Shown: positions 1 to 8,512 of the stretch, in pieces
Layout of the letters: every line of letters begins with the position of its first letter
Numbering within the stretch: the stretch's first letter is position 1
NCBI GenBank assembly: GCA_027324805.1
Contig: DAHVRZ010000001.1
Coordinates: 66,945 to 130,944 of the forward strand
Reading direction: 5' to 3'
DNA: 64,000 bases
Origin: Candidatus Parcubacteria bacterium
GTDB taxonomy: Bacteria > Patescibacteriota > Minisyncoccia > UBA6257 > 2-01-FULL-56-20
Notes under the pieces: model-generated
Database searches by the model: none
What the model was told of the DNA's origin: nothing
The model's input: only the letters and a program-made list of their open reading frames with translations
Program-made: the position numbers and the translations under genes

Positions 1-385
1 TGTACGGATCTTTGAGCATCTTTTCAAACTCCAGTGCGGCAAGGTGCGACGTATCCTTCAAGCGATAAGCGTCCATATGGAATATCCGGGGTATTTTTGC
101 CCCTTTCGATCCCGCAGTCGTACGCGCACCAGACTGCGGCGCACGATAACGGCGCACGATGACGAATGTGGGGCTTGGTGCGCGGCGGCGTACGCCCATT
201 CCACGCAGGAATCCTTGTACGAACGTCGTCTTCCCCGCACCAAGTTCGCCCGAGAGAACGACGATCGCCGCATTTTTTTCATTCTCGCGCCGGGCGGCGG
301 AAAGCTGTTTTGAAAATTCCTCCCCGAGGCGCCTCGTTTCCTCCGAAGAAGAGGTGCGATAGGTTTTTGTTTTTTTTAATAACAT
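1..385 (-). CDS. tsaE: tRNA threonylcarbamoyladenosine biosynthesis protein TsaE (N-terminal part; gene runs off the window start)
   Basis: Minus-strand frame from ATG at 385-383 reads MLLKKTKTYRTSSEETRRLGEEFSKQLSAARRENEKNAAIVVLSGELGAGKTTFVQGFLRGMGV...SPTFVIVRRY...HMDAYRL. The P-loop and SPTF/HxDxYRL motifs are typical of TsaE/YjeE. No stop before position 1. Not in the ORF track because it is an open partial. Confidence 0.75.
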   Translation of the reverse strand, partial: MLLKKTKTYRTSSSEETRRLGEEFSKQLSAARRENEKNAAIVVLSGELGAGKTTFVQGFLRGMGVRRRAPSPTFVIVRRYRAPQSGARTTAGSKGAKIPRIFHMDAYRLKDTSHLAALEFEKMLKDPY

Positions 386-959
386 AGGTGATGATCGTTG
401 CGAGAAAGGCGCCGAGTCCTATTGCGGAAAATATAGCAGGAGTTGATGCCGACATGGCAGGCGACGGTCCGAGCGGTACGCCTTCGGGATAGTGCGCTAC
501 AGCAACATTCCCCCCGAACGCGACGTTCGGCCCGCCGGGCGTTGGGTCTGTGAAAATAAAATACCTTCCGAACCCCGCGCCACCGTCCATCCGCGAGTAG
601 CTTTGTCCGTCGGGAGCCGCACCATGAAACGCCGCTTTGTCTGCGACCTTTCCGTCCGGACTATATAACAATAATGCGCCGTCGGTATTTTTCAAAGAAA
701 TGCCGTCTTCCTTATGTCTCAGCACAAGATATCCGTGGGGCGGTACTGCAAACCCCGCCAGATGAAAGATTTTGGTTTTTGCGGGAATGATCGCTTGGTC
801 CGCAACGGTCGTCGATACCGTGCCCGCGCCGATTCTCCATCCTGCGAGAGAAACGGCCATAGGGCTGTCATTATAGAGTTCTATAAACTCACCTGCGGCG
901 TCGGGTCCGACCGGATTCGGGAAAAATTCATTGATATACACCATCCGGTGACCATACAC
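279..959 (-). CDS. lamin-tail-domain (LTD) secreted protein with C-terminal TM anchor
   Basis: N-terminus MVYINEFFPNPVGPDAAGEFIELYN matches the LTD signature. A hydrophobic C-terminal helix AIFSAIGLGAFLATIITYVIKKNK follows. The last ~100 nt overlap tsaE in another frame. Confidence 0.7.
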   Translation of the reverse strand: MYGHRMVYINEFFPNPVGPDAAGEFIELYNDSPMAVSLAGWRIGAGTVSTTVADQAIIPAKTKIFHLAGFAVPPHGYLVLRHKEDGISLKNTDGALLLYSPDGKVADKAAFHGAAPDGQSYSRMDGGAGFGRYFIFTDPTPGGPNVAFGGNVAVAHYPEGVPLGPSPAMSASTPAIFSAIGLGAFLATIITYVIKKNKNLSHLFFGGNEAPRGGIFKTAFRRPARE

Positions 960-986
960 CCGGAGTCATCAAGAAACGCCAAAGAA

Positions 987-2039
987 CTAGAGAAGTTCTT
1001 CGTAGCCCTTAATTTTCAGGTGGCGGTACGCCGCGGGCAATACTATGCGCCCGGACGGCGAACGCTGGAGGAATCCGAGCGTCATAAGGTAGGGCTCGTA
1101 AATATCCTCGATCACGCCGCGCTCCTCGGAAAGCGCGGCCGCGAGCGTGTTCACCCCGACAGGGCCGCCTTTGAACTTCTCGATGATCGTTATAAGGAGG
1201 CGCCGATCTTGCGGTTCAAGGCCAAGATCGTCGATCTCCAACATCTCAAGCGTATGGCGCGCGGATTCGGCGTCGATCACCGGTGCCGCGCCGGGAGATC
1301 CGGCCTTGCCGTGCACCTCGGCGAAATCCCGGGCGCGCCGCAGGAGTCGATTCGCTACGCGCGGCGTGCCGCGCGAAGCGCGCGCAAGGACCTCGACCGC
1401 ATCGGATGAAGCAGTGACGCCGAGTATGCGCGCCGACCGTTCAAGTATCTTTTTTATGTCGTCGATCGAATAATAACCAAGGCGAAACGTTGCGCCAAAG
1501 CGTGAGCGGAGGGGGTTTGAAAGCAGATTCTCGCGCGTCGTCGCCGCGATCAGAGTAAAGGGTTGGAGGTCGAGGGTGAGTGTGCGCGCCGACGGTCCTT
1601 TGCCGACGACGAGATGGAGCTTGCGCGCCTCCATCGCCGGATATAACACCTCCTCGATCATCGGGTTGATCCGATGCGCTTCGTCGATAAAAAGAATTTC
1701 GCCGGGACCGAGGTTTGTGAGCACCGCGGCAAGATCGCCGACCTTCTCAAGCGCAGGGCCGGATGTCGTCTTGATCATTCCCCCCAGCTCATGCGCCACA
1801 AGATATGCGAGCGTTGTCTTGCCCAAACCGGCGGGACCCGAAAAAAGGAGATGATCAGCAGCCTCTTTGCGTTTTTTTGCCGCCTCCAAAATAACCCTCA
1901 GATTATCTTTTATTTTTTCCTGGCCGACATATTCGTCCCATGCCGTCGGCCTCAAGGTGAGGTCTATATTCGCATCGTCCTTGCCTGCGACAGCGTTTTC
2001 CTGGGGTTTTTCTTTGGGTTTTGAGGGCATTATGGGCAA
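987..2039 (-). CDS. ruvB: Holliday junction DNA helicase RuvB
   Basis: Walker A GPAGLGKTTLA, Walker B FIDEAHR and the RuvB C-terminal region are present. The start is either TTG at 2039 or ATG at 2030. Confidence 0.93.
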   Translation of the reverse strand: MPIMPSKPKEKPQENAVAGKDDANIDLTLRPTAWDEYVGQEKIKDNLRVILEAAKKRKEAADHLLFSGPAGLGKTTLAYLVAHELGGMIKTTSGPALEKVGDLAAVLTNLGPGEILFIDEAHRINPMIEEVLYPAMEARKLHLVVGKGPSARTLTLDLQPFTLIAATTRENLLSNPLRSRFGATFRLGYYSIDDIKKILERSARILGVTASSDAVEVLARASRGTPRVANRLLRRARDFAEVHGKAGSPGAAPVIDAESARHTLEMLEIDDLGLEPQDRRLLITIIEKFKGGPVGVNTLAAALSEERGVIEDIYEPYLMTLGFLQRSPSGRIVLPAAYRHLKIKGYEELL

Positions 2040-2052
2040 GGTTTTAGTGCTA

Positions 2053-2081
2053 TTGACAAATAAAAATTGATATGCTACTAT
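2053..2081 (+). promoter_or_regulatory. sigma70-like promoter (TTGACA-17nt-TACTAT) driving the downstream ncRNA candidate
   Basis: TTGACA at 2053-2058, a 17-nt spacer, then TACTAT at 2076-2081. No plus-strand ORF lies downstream. Confidence 0.45.
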
Positions 2082-2087
2082 TTCATT

Positions 2088-2307
2088 GCAACACTGATTG
2101 ATGGTGTTGTCAGGAGCAGCTCATTCAGATCTGGGGGCGGGAATTATTTCTAACCTTTTCAGGACGAACCGGTTCCGACTGGTCCTATCCTTTGAGTAAT
2201 TCTAGCCCCTTTTGCCTTTAGGTAAAAGGGATATTAATCCTTTCGCGAGGAATTGCCCCCAGGTCTGAGTGAACTACGCGAACGCCGGCCGGAAGGCCGG
2301 CTTTTTT
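2088..2307 (+). ncRNA. structured small RNA candidate (~215 nt; 6S-like long closing helix), identity unknown
   Basis: Promoter upstream, no ORF. A long-range helix pairs 2124-2140 (UUCAGAUCUGGGGGC) with 2249-2265 (GCCCCCAGGUCUGAG). Internal hairpins are present (AGGAC..GUCCU, CCUUUU..AAAAGG). It ends in an intrinsic terminator. Confidence 0.3.
2284..2307 (+). terminator. rho-independent terminator
   Basis: Hairpin GCCGGCC GGAA GGCCGGC followed by TTTTTTG. Confidence 0.7.
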
Positions 2308-2316
2308 GTTCCATCG

Positions 2317-4005
2317 TCACCATGCGATGTCGCCGGTGACGCCCTTCACCTCATCGATCGTCGTTTTGCCTTCGAGTACTTTGAGTATCCCGTCCTGCTG
2401 CATCGTCACCATCCCCTGTCGCTCGGCCACGCCGCGGAGTGCAACCTCCGAGGCTTCTTTAAGGATCGTCGTCTCAAGATCGCTCCCGCCTTCCAAGAAT
2501 TCGAATATGCCGACGCGACCTTTATATCCCATCTTGTTGCATTTCTCGCAGCCGACGGGCTCGTAGATTTTGTAATTCTGATAGGACGTCCGATCCACCT
2601 TCGCCGGAAGTTTCGCGAGGAACGCTTCGATGTTCTTCTTCATCGCGTCATCGATGGACGCTTCTTTTTTACAATCCACGCAGAGCACGCGCACGAGGCG
2701 TTGGGCGATAACGAGCGAAAGCGCCGGCCCGATCGAGACCGCCTTCACTCCCAGGTTGATGAGCCGCGGAACGGCGCCGACGGCATCGTTCGTGTGGAGC
2801 GTCGAAAGTACGAGGTGTCCCGTGAGCGCAGCCTGCATCGCGATGTCGGCCGTCTCAAGGTCCCGCACCTCGCCGACGAGGATCACGTCCGGGTCCTGCC
2901 GCACGATGGCGCGCAAACCGTTCGCGAACGTATATCCCGCTTCGTCATTCACCTGCGTTTGCTCGATGCCTTCGATGCGGTATTCGATCGGATCCTCGAG
3001 TGTGATGATTTTCACGGTCGGATCATTCATGGTCCGCAGAAAAGCATAAAGCGTCGTCGTTTTACCGGAGCCGGTCGGACCCGTGTTCAGGATGAGACCG
3101 TTCGGACGATCAAGTTGCTTCTTTACCAGGTCGAGGTTATCCGCGCGGAGTCCAAGGTCGGGAAGGCCCACCATGGTTGCCGCCGGATCAAGAATACGCA
3201 TCACGATCGTCTCGCCGAACTCGGCGGGGATCACCGAAACGCGCATCTCCACCTCTTTGCCCGCGAGTCCGATCGTAAACCTGCCATCCTGCGCGATAGT
3301 CCTCATATTGAGCTTCATCTCGGAGAGCAGTTTGATGCGCGACACGAATGCTTCGTACGCATGGAGCGGGATATCGTCATAAATGTCGTGAAGGAGCCCG
3401 TCGATACGGAAGCGGATCTTTGCTTTTTCCTTCTCGGCCTCGGTGTGAATATCGGAAGCGCGGAGGGCCGTCGCTCCCGCAAGAATGATCTCGATAAGCG
3501 TGACCGGCGAAAAGTTATTGAAGTTGATCGCTCCGACCTCGGCGTTCACGGCATCGAGCGATACGAACTTCGCATGAAGTTCGTCGAGACGCCCTTTTGA
3601 AATATTCACCTTCCCCGTGATCTCCTCCTCCTGCGGTTTGATGAACTTATAGAAGTGCCACGCGATCTCGAGGCTCGATGGAGAAACTATAAGTGTTTTC
3701 ACTTCGTACTTCCTCGCAGCCAACTCCTCGACGACTTTTTTCGCAGCCGGGAGCCCGGGGTTTTCCGTTGCGAGCGCCACCTTCCTGTCCTTGATCTCGA
3801 TCGTCGCCACCCTCGCATCCTTTGCCTCCTGCTCCGTCAAAAGGCGCACCGCGTCGAGCGATACGGGGACTTTTGACAGGTCGATATAGGAGAGTTCCAG
3901 CTGGGCCGCGCGCCGCTGGGCCGCGCGCTCCTCACCATCGCGCCTGAGCTTTTCCAGTTTTGCTTTAAGGTCTTCCTCTTCCGGTTCCGCAGGCATTGGA
4001 TTCAT
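2317..4005 (-). CDS. pilB: type IV pilus / type II secretion assembly ATPase (GspE/PilB family)
   Basis: Walker A GPTGSGKTTTLYA. Asp/His boxes are present. An N-terminal GSPII_E_N-like region is present. C-terminal tetracysteine CVDC...CEKC zinc motif. Confidence 0.9.
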   Translation of the reverse strand: MNPMPAEPEEEDLKAKLEKLRRDGEERAAQRRAAQLELSYIDLSKVPVSLDAVRLLTEQEAKDARVATIEIKDRKVALATENPGLPAAKKVVEELAARKYEVKTLIVSPSSLEIAWHFYKFIKPQEEEITGKVNISKGRLDELHAKFVSLDAVNAEVGAINFNNFSPVTLIEIILAGATALRASDIHTEAEKEKAKIRFRIDGLLHDIYDDIPLHAYEAFVSRIKLLSEMKLNMRTIAQDGRFTIGLAGKEVEMRVSVIPAEFGETIVMRILDPAATMVGLPDLGLRADNLDLVKKQLDRPNGLILNTGPTGSGKTTTLYAFLRTMNDPTVKIITLEDPIEYRIEGIEQTQVNDEAGYTFANGLRAIVRQDPDVILVGEVRDLETADIAMQAALTGHLVLSTLHTNDAVGAVPRLINLGVKAVSIGPALSLVIAQRLVRVLCVDCKKEASIDDAMKKNIEAFLAKLPAKVDRTSYQNYKIYEPVGCEKCNKMGYKGRVGIFEFLEGGSDLETTILKEASEVALRGVAERQGMVTMQQDGILKVLEGKTTIDEVKGVTGDIAW

Positions 4006-4052
4006 TATACATTTTTATGTTCCGTGCCGCACCGCCGCGCGAAAGGATGCTA

Positions 4053-4082
4053 TTGACAAATATATAATATATATTGTATAAT
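4053..4082 (+). promoter_or_regulatory. sigma70-like promoter (TTGACA ... TGTATAAT extended -10)
   Basis: TTGACA at 4053-4058, then TATAAT at 4077-4082 preceded by TG. The context TATTGACAAATA is shared with the 2053 promoter. Confidence 0.5.
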
Positions 4083-4133
4083 GCAGTCTGGAATGGATTG
4101 AAAACAAGCAGGTCAATCCGAAAGGAGACTCCC

Positions 4134-4817
4134 ATGAAGCGGTTGATGCTTCTTTTTGTCCTGGGGTTGGCCTTCATGGCAGCTCCGTGCGCCGTCGTTT
4201 CACAGACGATAACAACCACGGTCATTTGGGGACGTAATCTTCCCCATGTGGATGTTACGGTAGTTAATGAAACATCGGACTGGGTGCCGATCCAGGCCTC
4301 GGTAGACCACCAGTATGTGCGGGGTGTCCTTGATGAGGGCGAACAACACATCTGGAGATTTGACCAAACGGCATTCGGGTGGAATGGCCCCATGAGTGTT
4401 GAGGTTCATATTGAGGTCTGCCGCGCCGTTATGTCGTCGGGAGCAACACCTCTTTTTGCCCCTCCCGAGTGGGCAATGAACCGGCAACTTCTTGGAGACG
4501 CCGCCGTAACGGATGCATACCTCCACTCGAGCCCCAGCGAGGAAAGTTTGAAGAAGAGGGTTGATTTCATTGAAAAAACCCTCGACAACAACGGCGTACT
4601 GGGAAGAAAAACCATGGAGAAAGACCTCGCAAAATGGTTCAAATTCTGCCGCAAGTATGGCAGTTTTGCCATGGGTCCTTCCTGCTCTGATATTGCGAAG
4701 CGCTTCATCTTCCCCGTCGACGTCACAGAATACTGGGGAGCGAGGCCTTATATTATCAAAGTAAAAGGGAGTGCCGGAAACTATTTTATAGACCAATCCG
4801 GCAACAGCATCCAGTAG
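4134..4817 (+). CDS. secreted hypothetical protein (signal peptide)
   Basis: RBS AAGGAG sits 7 nt upstream of the ATG. N-terminus MKRLMLLFVLGLAFMAAPCAVVSQ is a signal peptide. No recognisable domain. Confidence 0.6.
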   Translation: MKRLMLLFVLGLAFMAAPCAVVSQTITTTVIWGRNLPHVDVTVVNETSDWVPIQASVDHQYVRGVLDEGEQHIWRFDQTAFGWNGPMSVEVHIEVCRAVMSSGATPLFAPPEWAMNRQLLGDAAVTDAYLHSSPSEESLKKRVDFIEKTLDNNGVLGRKTMEKDLAKWFKFCRKYGSFAMGPSCSDIAKRFIFPVDVTEYWGARPYIIKVKGSAGNYFIDQSGNSIQ

Positions 4818-4835
4818 ATCCAGTAGGACATTGTA

Positions 4836-4877
4836 GTATTTTGACCCGGAACCATTATGGTTTCGGGTCGCTTTTTT
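4836..4877 (+). terminator. rho-independent terminator
   Basis: Hairpin GACCCGGAACC..GGTTTCGGGTC followed by TTTTTTATTTT. Confidence 0.6.
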
Positions 4878-4905
4878 ATTTTGATGCCCGCGATATAATA
4901 CCGGT

Positions 4906-5445
4906 ATGTCAGGACATTCGCATTGGGCGGGTATAAAACATAAAAAGGAGGCTACTGATCAAAGGCGTGGCAAAGTCTTTTCCAAACTCCTCGCACTCAT
5001 CGCCGCGGCGGCAAAGGACGAGCCAAACCCGGATTTCAATCCGCGCCTCCGCACGGCGGTCTCTAAAGCGAAAGATGTGGGTGTTCCCGCCGACAATATC
5101 GATCGAGCGATCAAACGCGCATCCGAACAGGCAGAGGGCCTTGAAGAGCTTGTATTTGAAGCGTATGGTCCGGGCGGTGCCGCAATCCTTATTGAGGCGA
5201 TCAGCAACAATCGCAACCGCGCAGTACAAGAAGTGAAGACTATCCTTCGCGACCACAGGGGGAAATGGGCCGAGACCGGGAGTGTTCAATGGGCCTTTGA
5301 AAAAAAAGATGGCGAATGGCAGGCGAAATTCCCACAAGAGCTCGCGGATGATACGGAGCGAGAGAAGCTCGCCTCACTTCTTGAAGCGCTCGAGGACAAT
5401 GATGATGTGCAAAGCGTCGCTACAAACATCACCTTCCCTTCTTGA
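4906..5445 (+). CDS. yebC: YebC/PmpR-family transcriptional regulator (short form)
   Basis: N-terminus MSGHSHWAGIKHKKEATDQRRGKVFSKL and the C-terminal DDVQSV motif are present. The middle domain is shorter than in E. coli YebC. Stop overlaps the ruvC start (TGATATGA). Confidence 0.85.
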   Translation: MSGHSHWAGIKHKKEATDQRRGKVFSKLLALIAAAAKDEPNPDFNPRLRTAVSKAKDVGVPADNIDRAIKRASEQAEGLEELVFEAYGPGGAAILIEAISNNRNRAVQEVKTILRDHRGKWAETGSVQWAFEKKDGEWQAKFPQELADDTEREKLASLLEALEDNDDVQSVATNITFPS

Positions 5446-5446
5446 T

Positions 5447-5923
5447 ATGATCACACTCGGCATCGACCCGGGCACGCGGAGGATTGGTTATGGCGTTGTC
5501 GATTACTCCGGGAATTCCACGCGATACCTCGCCGCAGGCCTTTTTAAAATCGAGGAAAAAGAAGACATCCCCGCCCTTGAAGAAACAAAAAAAGAGATAG
5601 ACCGATTGATCGCCGAATACCAACCAGATGCCGTTGCGATTGAAAAACTTTTTTTCTCAAAAAACCAGAAGACCGCAATGGCAGTCGCGCAAGCGCGCGG
5701 CGTCATCCTTCTTGCCCTTAAAGAACAAGGCGTCCCGATCCACGAATACACGCCGAATGAAGTGAAAATGGGTATCACGGGTTATGGATTCGCTGATAAA
5801 AAGGCGGTTCTTAAGATGGTGCGCCTTATTTTGAACAAGCAGGATCTTAAAGTAATAGATGACGCAAGCGACGCTCTCGCGCTCGCTATTTTTTGCTCCG
5901 GAGACCGCACCGCGATCCATTAA
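5447..5923 (+). CDS. ruvC: crossover junction endodeoxyribonuclease RuvC
   Basis: Start MITLGIDPGTRRIGYGVVD (RuvC catalytic Asp motif). Classic yebC-ruvC pairing. Confidence 0.9.
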   Translation: MITLGIDPGTRRIGYGVVDYSGNSTRYLAAGLFKIEEKEDIPALEETKKEIDRLIAEYQPDAVAIEKLFFSKNQKTAMAVAQARGVILLALKEQGVPIHEYTPNEVKMGITGYGFADKKAVLKMVRLILNKQDLKVIDDASDALALAIFCSGDRTAIH

Positions 5924-5945
5924 ACATCCATAATATTGCCCGGGT

Positions 5946-5954
5946 GGTTATCCA
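5946..5954 (+). promoter_or_regulatory. consensus DnaA box TTATCCACA
   Basis: Perfect 9-mer located just upstream of a TTGACA(5969)-16nt-TATACT promoter for the small acidic ORF. Confidence 0.4.
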
Positions 5955-6057
5955 CAATATCGGCTCGATTTGACAGCCGCAAATGATACAATATACTGGT
6001 TGAAAATAAATTAATCGAAAGGTCGTAAAGCCCTTTGGGCAAACAGTGATATCTATT

Positions 6058-6252
6058 ATGGCAACCGATTTACTCTCCCTGCGCCTTGCGTTCCGTGCGT
6101 TGAGCGATGATCCAGAAGGTGATAATGACGATGCGGATGAAAACCTCGCCGACGATCTCGACGGAGATGACGATGCGGACGTCGATGTGGATGGCGAAGA
6201 CGCAGACGACGCTGGCCTCGGCAACAACGAGGGTGGCGAAATAACGGAATAG
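6058..6252 (+). CDS. small extremely acidic (poly-Asp) protein, unknown function
   Basis: MATDLLSLRLAFRALSDDPEGDNDDADENLADDLDGDDDADVDVDGEDADDAGLGNNEGGEITE. It has its own promoter (5969-5997) and terminator (6271-6295). An alternative ATG lies at 6046. Confidence 0.5.
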   Translation: MATDLLSLRLAFRALSDDPEGDNDDADENLADDLDGDDDADVDVDGEDADDAGLGNNEGGEITE

Positions 6253-6265
6253 CCCCTATATAAAC

Positions 6266-6295
6266 AAAAAGCGCCCACATGGGCGCTTTTTGTTT
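6266..6295 (+). terminator. rho-independent terminator
   Basis: Hairpin GCGCCCACATGGGCGC followed by TTTTTGTTT. Confidence 0.75.
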
Positions 6296-6361
6296 GTGTG
6301 GTTATGGCAATACACCAACCCAACCTCGGAAAAATGCATAAAAAGGAGTAAAATAAGGCTT

Positions 6362-8512
6362 ATGGGTCCGAAGGGCAACAGCGCCTCGCTTGGAAAAAAG
6401 AAAAGGTGGTTAATATATCTCAAGATCGCGGGAATTGCATTCCTTTCGCTCGTGGTCGTGTTCTTTATCGCTGTGCTTTACTTCAGCACACAAATACCCA
6501 CCATTCAAGAGATTTCAAGCCAGCAAATCGGCCAATCCACTAAAATATACGATCGAACCGGAACTGTTCTTTTATATGAAATAGGCACCGGTCCGCGCCG
6601 CACTGTTGTTCCATTTGACCAAATCCCCCAGTCAATGAAGGATGCGACCCTCGCGATCGAGGATCAGAATTTCTATAACGAACCTGCATTTGATATAAAA
6701 GGCATCTTCCGTGCCGCATGGGAAGATCTTATAACCGGCTCAATCTCTCAAGGGGGATCTACAATCACACAACAACTTGCCCGCACAGCTTTTCTCTCCA
6801 CCGACAAGACAATAGCTCGTAAAATCAAAGAGCTTATTCTTGCTATTAAACTCAACCAATATTACACCAAGGATGAGATTTTTGGACTTTACCTCAACGA
6901 GGCTCCTTATGGGCCCAATATCTCCGGCGTCGAGGAAGCAAGTCAGGATTATTTCGGTATTCCTATCCAAGACGTGAATATCGCCCAAGCGGCTGTCCTT
7001 GCAGCCCTTCCGCAAGCCCCTTCATATTATTCCCCTTGGGGAAGTCATGTTGATGAACTCCTCACTCGACAGCGCCTTGTGCTTCAGCAGATGTACAACA
7101 CTGGAAGAATCAACCAGGCCCAACTCAATGATGCATTAAATTATAAAATAACATTTCTCCCCCAAACCGAAAGCGGCACAGGTATGAGGGCGCCACATTT
7201 TGTGCAGGCGGTTGAAAACTATCTTATCCAGAAATACGGGGAAGATCTTGTGGATTACGGCGGGCTTAAAGTAATCACCACGCTCAATTGGAATCTCCAA
7301 CAAGCGGCGGAGCAGGCGGTCACCGATGGTGTTGCCCGCGACAAACAACTTTATGATTCCACAAACGGATCCCTTGTCGCACAAGATCCACAAACAGGTC
7401 AGATCCTTGCGCTTGTTGGATCGGTTAATTATTTCGATACAAAAAATGATGGTAATTTTGATGTTGCAACACAAGGTCTCCGCCAGCCAGGCTCCTCTCT
7501 TAAGCCTTTTGTTTATCTTACTGGTTTTGATATGGGGTACACCCCAAACACCGTACTTTTTGATGTTCCCACGGAATTCAGTACCGATCCTTCTTGCCCT
7601 CCGATACCCAACTACAACTCAACAAACACCAAGTGTTTCCACCCGGTAGATTTTGAAGGGACATTCGCCGGACCAATTACCATACGCGACGCACTCGCAC
7701 AGTCGGTGAATATCCCCGCGGTGAAGATGCTGTATCTTGTCGGCGAGAGTAATGCAATTACCACAATGGAAAACTTTGGTATTACAACTCTTGGCAATCC
7801 TTCACAATACGGCCTTTCCCTTGTGCTTGGTGGTGGAGCGGTTCATCTTATAGATCTTACTGAGGCTTACTCGGTCCTCGCCGCCGACGGAATGAAGCAT
7901 GCCCAAACGATGATCTTGTCTGTTCAAGATTCGAATGGCAACACACTTGAGGCCTATCAAGACCAGGCGACCCAAGTGTCCGATCCCCAATCGGTGCGCC
8001 TTATTAATGATGTTCTCTCTGATGCTTCGGCGCGCGCGCCACTTTTCCAAGCAAGTCAAAACGAAACAGTGTTCCCTGGATATGATGTGGCGCTAAAGAC
8101 CGGTACTTCAAACGATTATCGGGATGCTTGGGCTATGGGATATACACCATCTCTTGTTGTTGGTGTGTGGGCTGGTAATAACAACAACACCCCAATGCAC
8201 AGGCAGGGTTCCAGTATCCTTGCTGCTGTGCCAATGTGGAGCGAATTCATGCAAGCAGCCCTTCCGCAGGTTCCTAATGAGACATTTCCAAAACCAAACC
8301 CTATCACACCCACAAATCCCGCTCTTGGTGGCCAATATCTTGATGCTAATGGCAACCCTCATTCTATCCTTTATTTTGTAAATAAAAACAATCCCACAGG
8401 CCCTGCCCCCACAAATCCAGCGTCTGACCCGCAATTCAATAACTGGGAGATCGGAGTCCAAAATTGGTGGGATTTGAACAAGGGTAAAATCAATACCACC
8501 TCAAGCCTTTAA
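6362..8512 (+). CDS. class A penicillin-binding protein (bifunctional transglycosylase/transpeptidase)
   Basis: N-terminal TM segment. Glycosyltransferase motif EDQNFYNEPAFD. Transpeptidase motifs SSLKP, SxN and KTGT. RBS AAGGAG. The long ORF begins at 6290. Confidence 0.9.
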   Translation: MGPKGNSASLGKKKRWLIYLKIAGIAFLSLVVVFFIAVLYFSTQIPTIQEISSQQIGQSTKIYDRTGTVLLYEIGTGPRRTVVPFDQIPQSMKDATLAIEDQNFYNEPAFDIKGIFRAAWEDLITGSISQGGSTITQQLARTAFLSTDKTIARKIKELILAIKLNQYYTKDEIFGLYLNEAPYGPNISGVEEASQDYFGIPIQDVNIAQAAVLAALPQAPSYYSPWGSHVDELLTRQRLVLQQMYNTGRINQAQLNDALNYKITFLPQTESGTGMRAPHFVQAVENYLIQKYGEDLVDYGGLKVITTLNWNLQQAAEQAVTDGVARDKQLYDSTNGSLVAQDPQTGQILALVGSVNYFDTKNDGNFDVATQGLRQPGSSLKPFVYLTGFDMGYTPNTVLFDVPTEFSTDPSCPPIPNYNSTNTKCFHPVDFEGTFAGPITIRDALAQSVNIPAVKMLYLVGESNAITTMENFGITTLGNPSQYGLSLVLGGGAVHLIDLTEAYSVLAADGMKHAQTMILSVQDSNGNTLEAYQDQATQVSDPQSVRLINDVLSDASARAPLFQASQNETVFPGYDVALKTGTSNDYRDAWAMGYTPSLVVGVWAGNNNNTPMHRQGSSILAAVPMWSEFMQAALPQVPNETFPKPNPITPTNPALGGQYLDANGNPHSILYFVNKNNPTGPAPTNPASDPQFNNWEIGVQNWWDLNKGKINTTSSL

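Noticed and set aside
44-313. ORF-track entries 44-313 (+) and 58-282 (-)
   Set aside because: Wrong frames. The same DNA encodes a convincing TsaE on the minus strand in a third frame.
2100-2130. SRP (4.5S) RNA, suggested by GUCAGGAGCAGC
   Set aside because: Lacks the conserved GGAA tetraloop / AGGUCCGGAAGGAAGCAGC domain IV motif. Kept only as an unidentified sRNA candidate.
2269-3600. 443-aa plus-strand ORF
   Set aside because: Lies entirely antisense to the well-supported PilB/GspE ATPase gene and is Arg-rich, as expected for GC-rich antisense reading. Shadow ORF.
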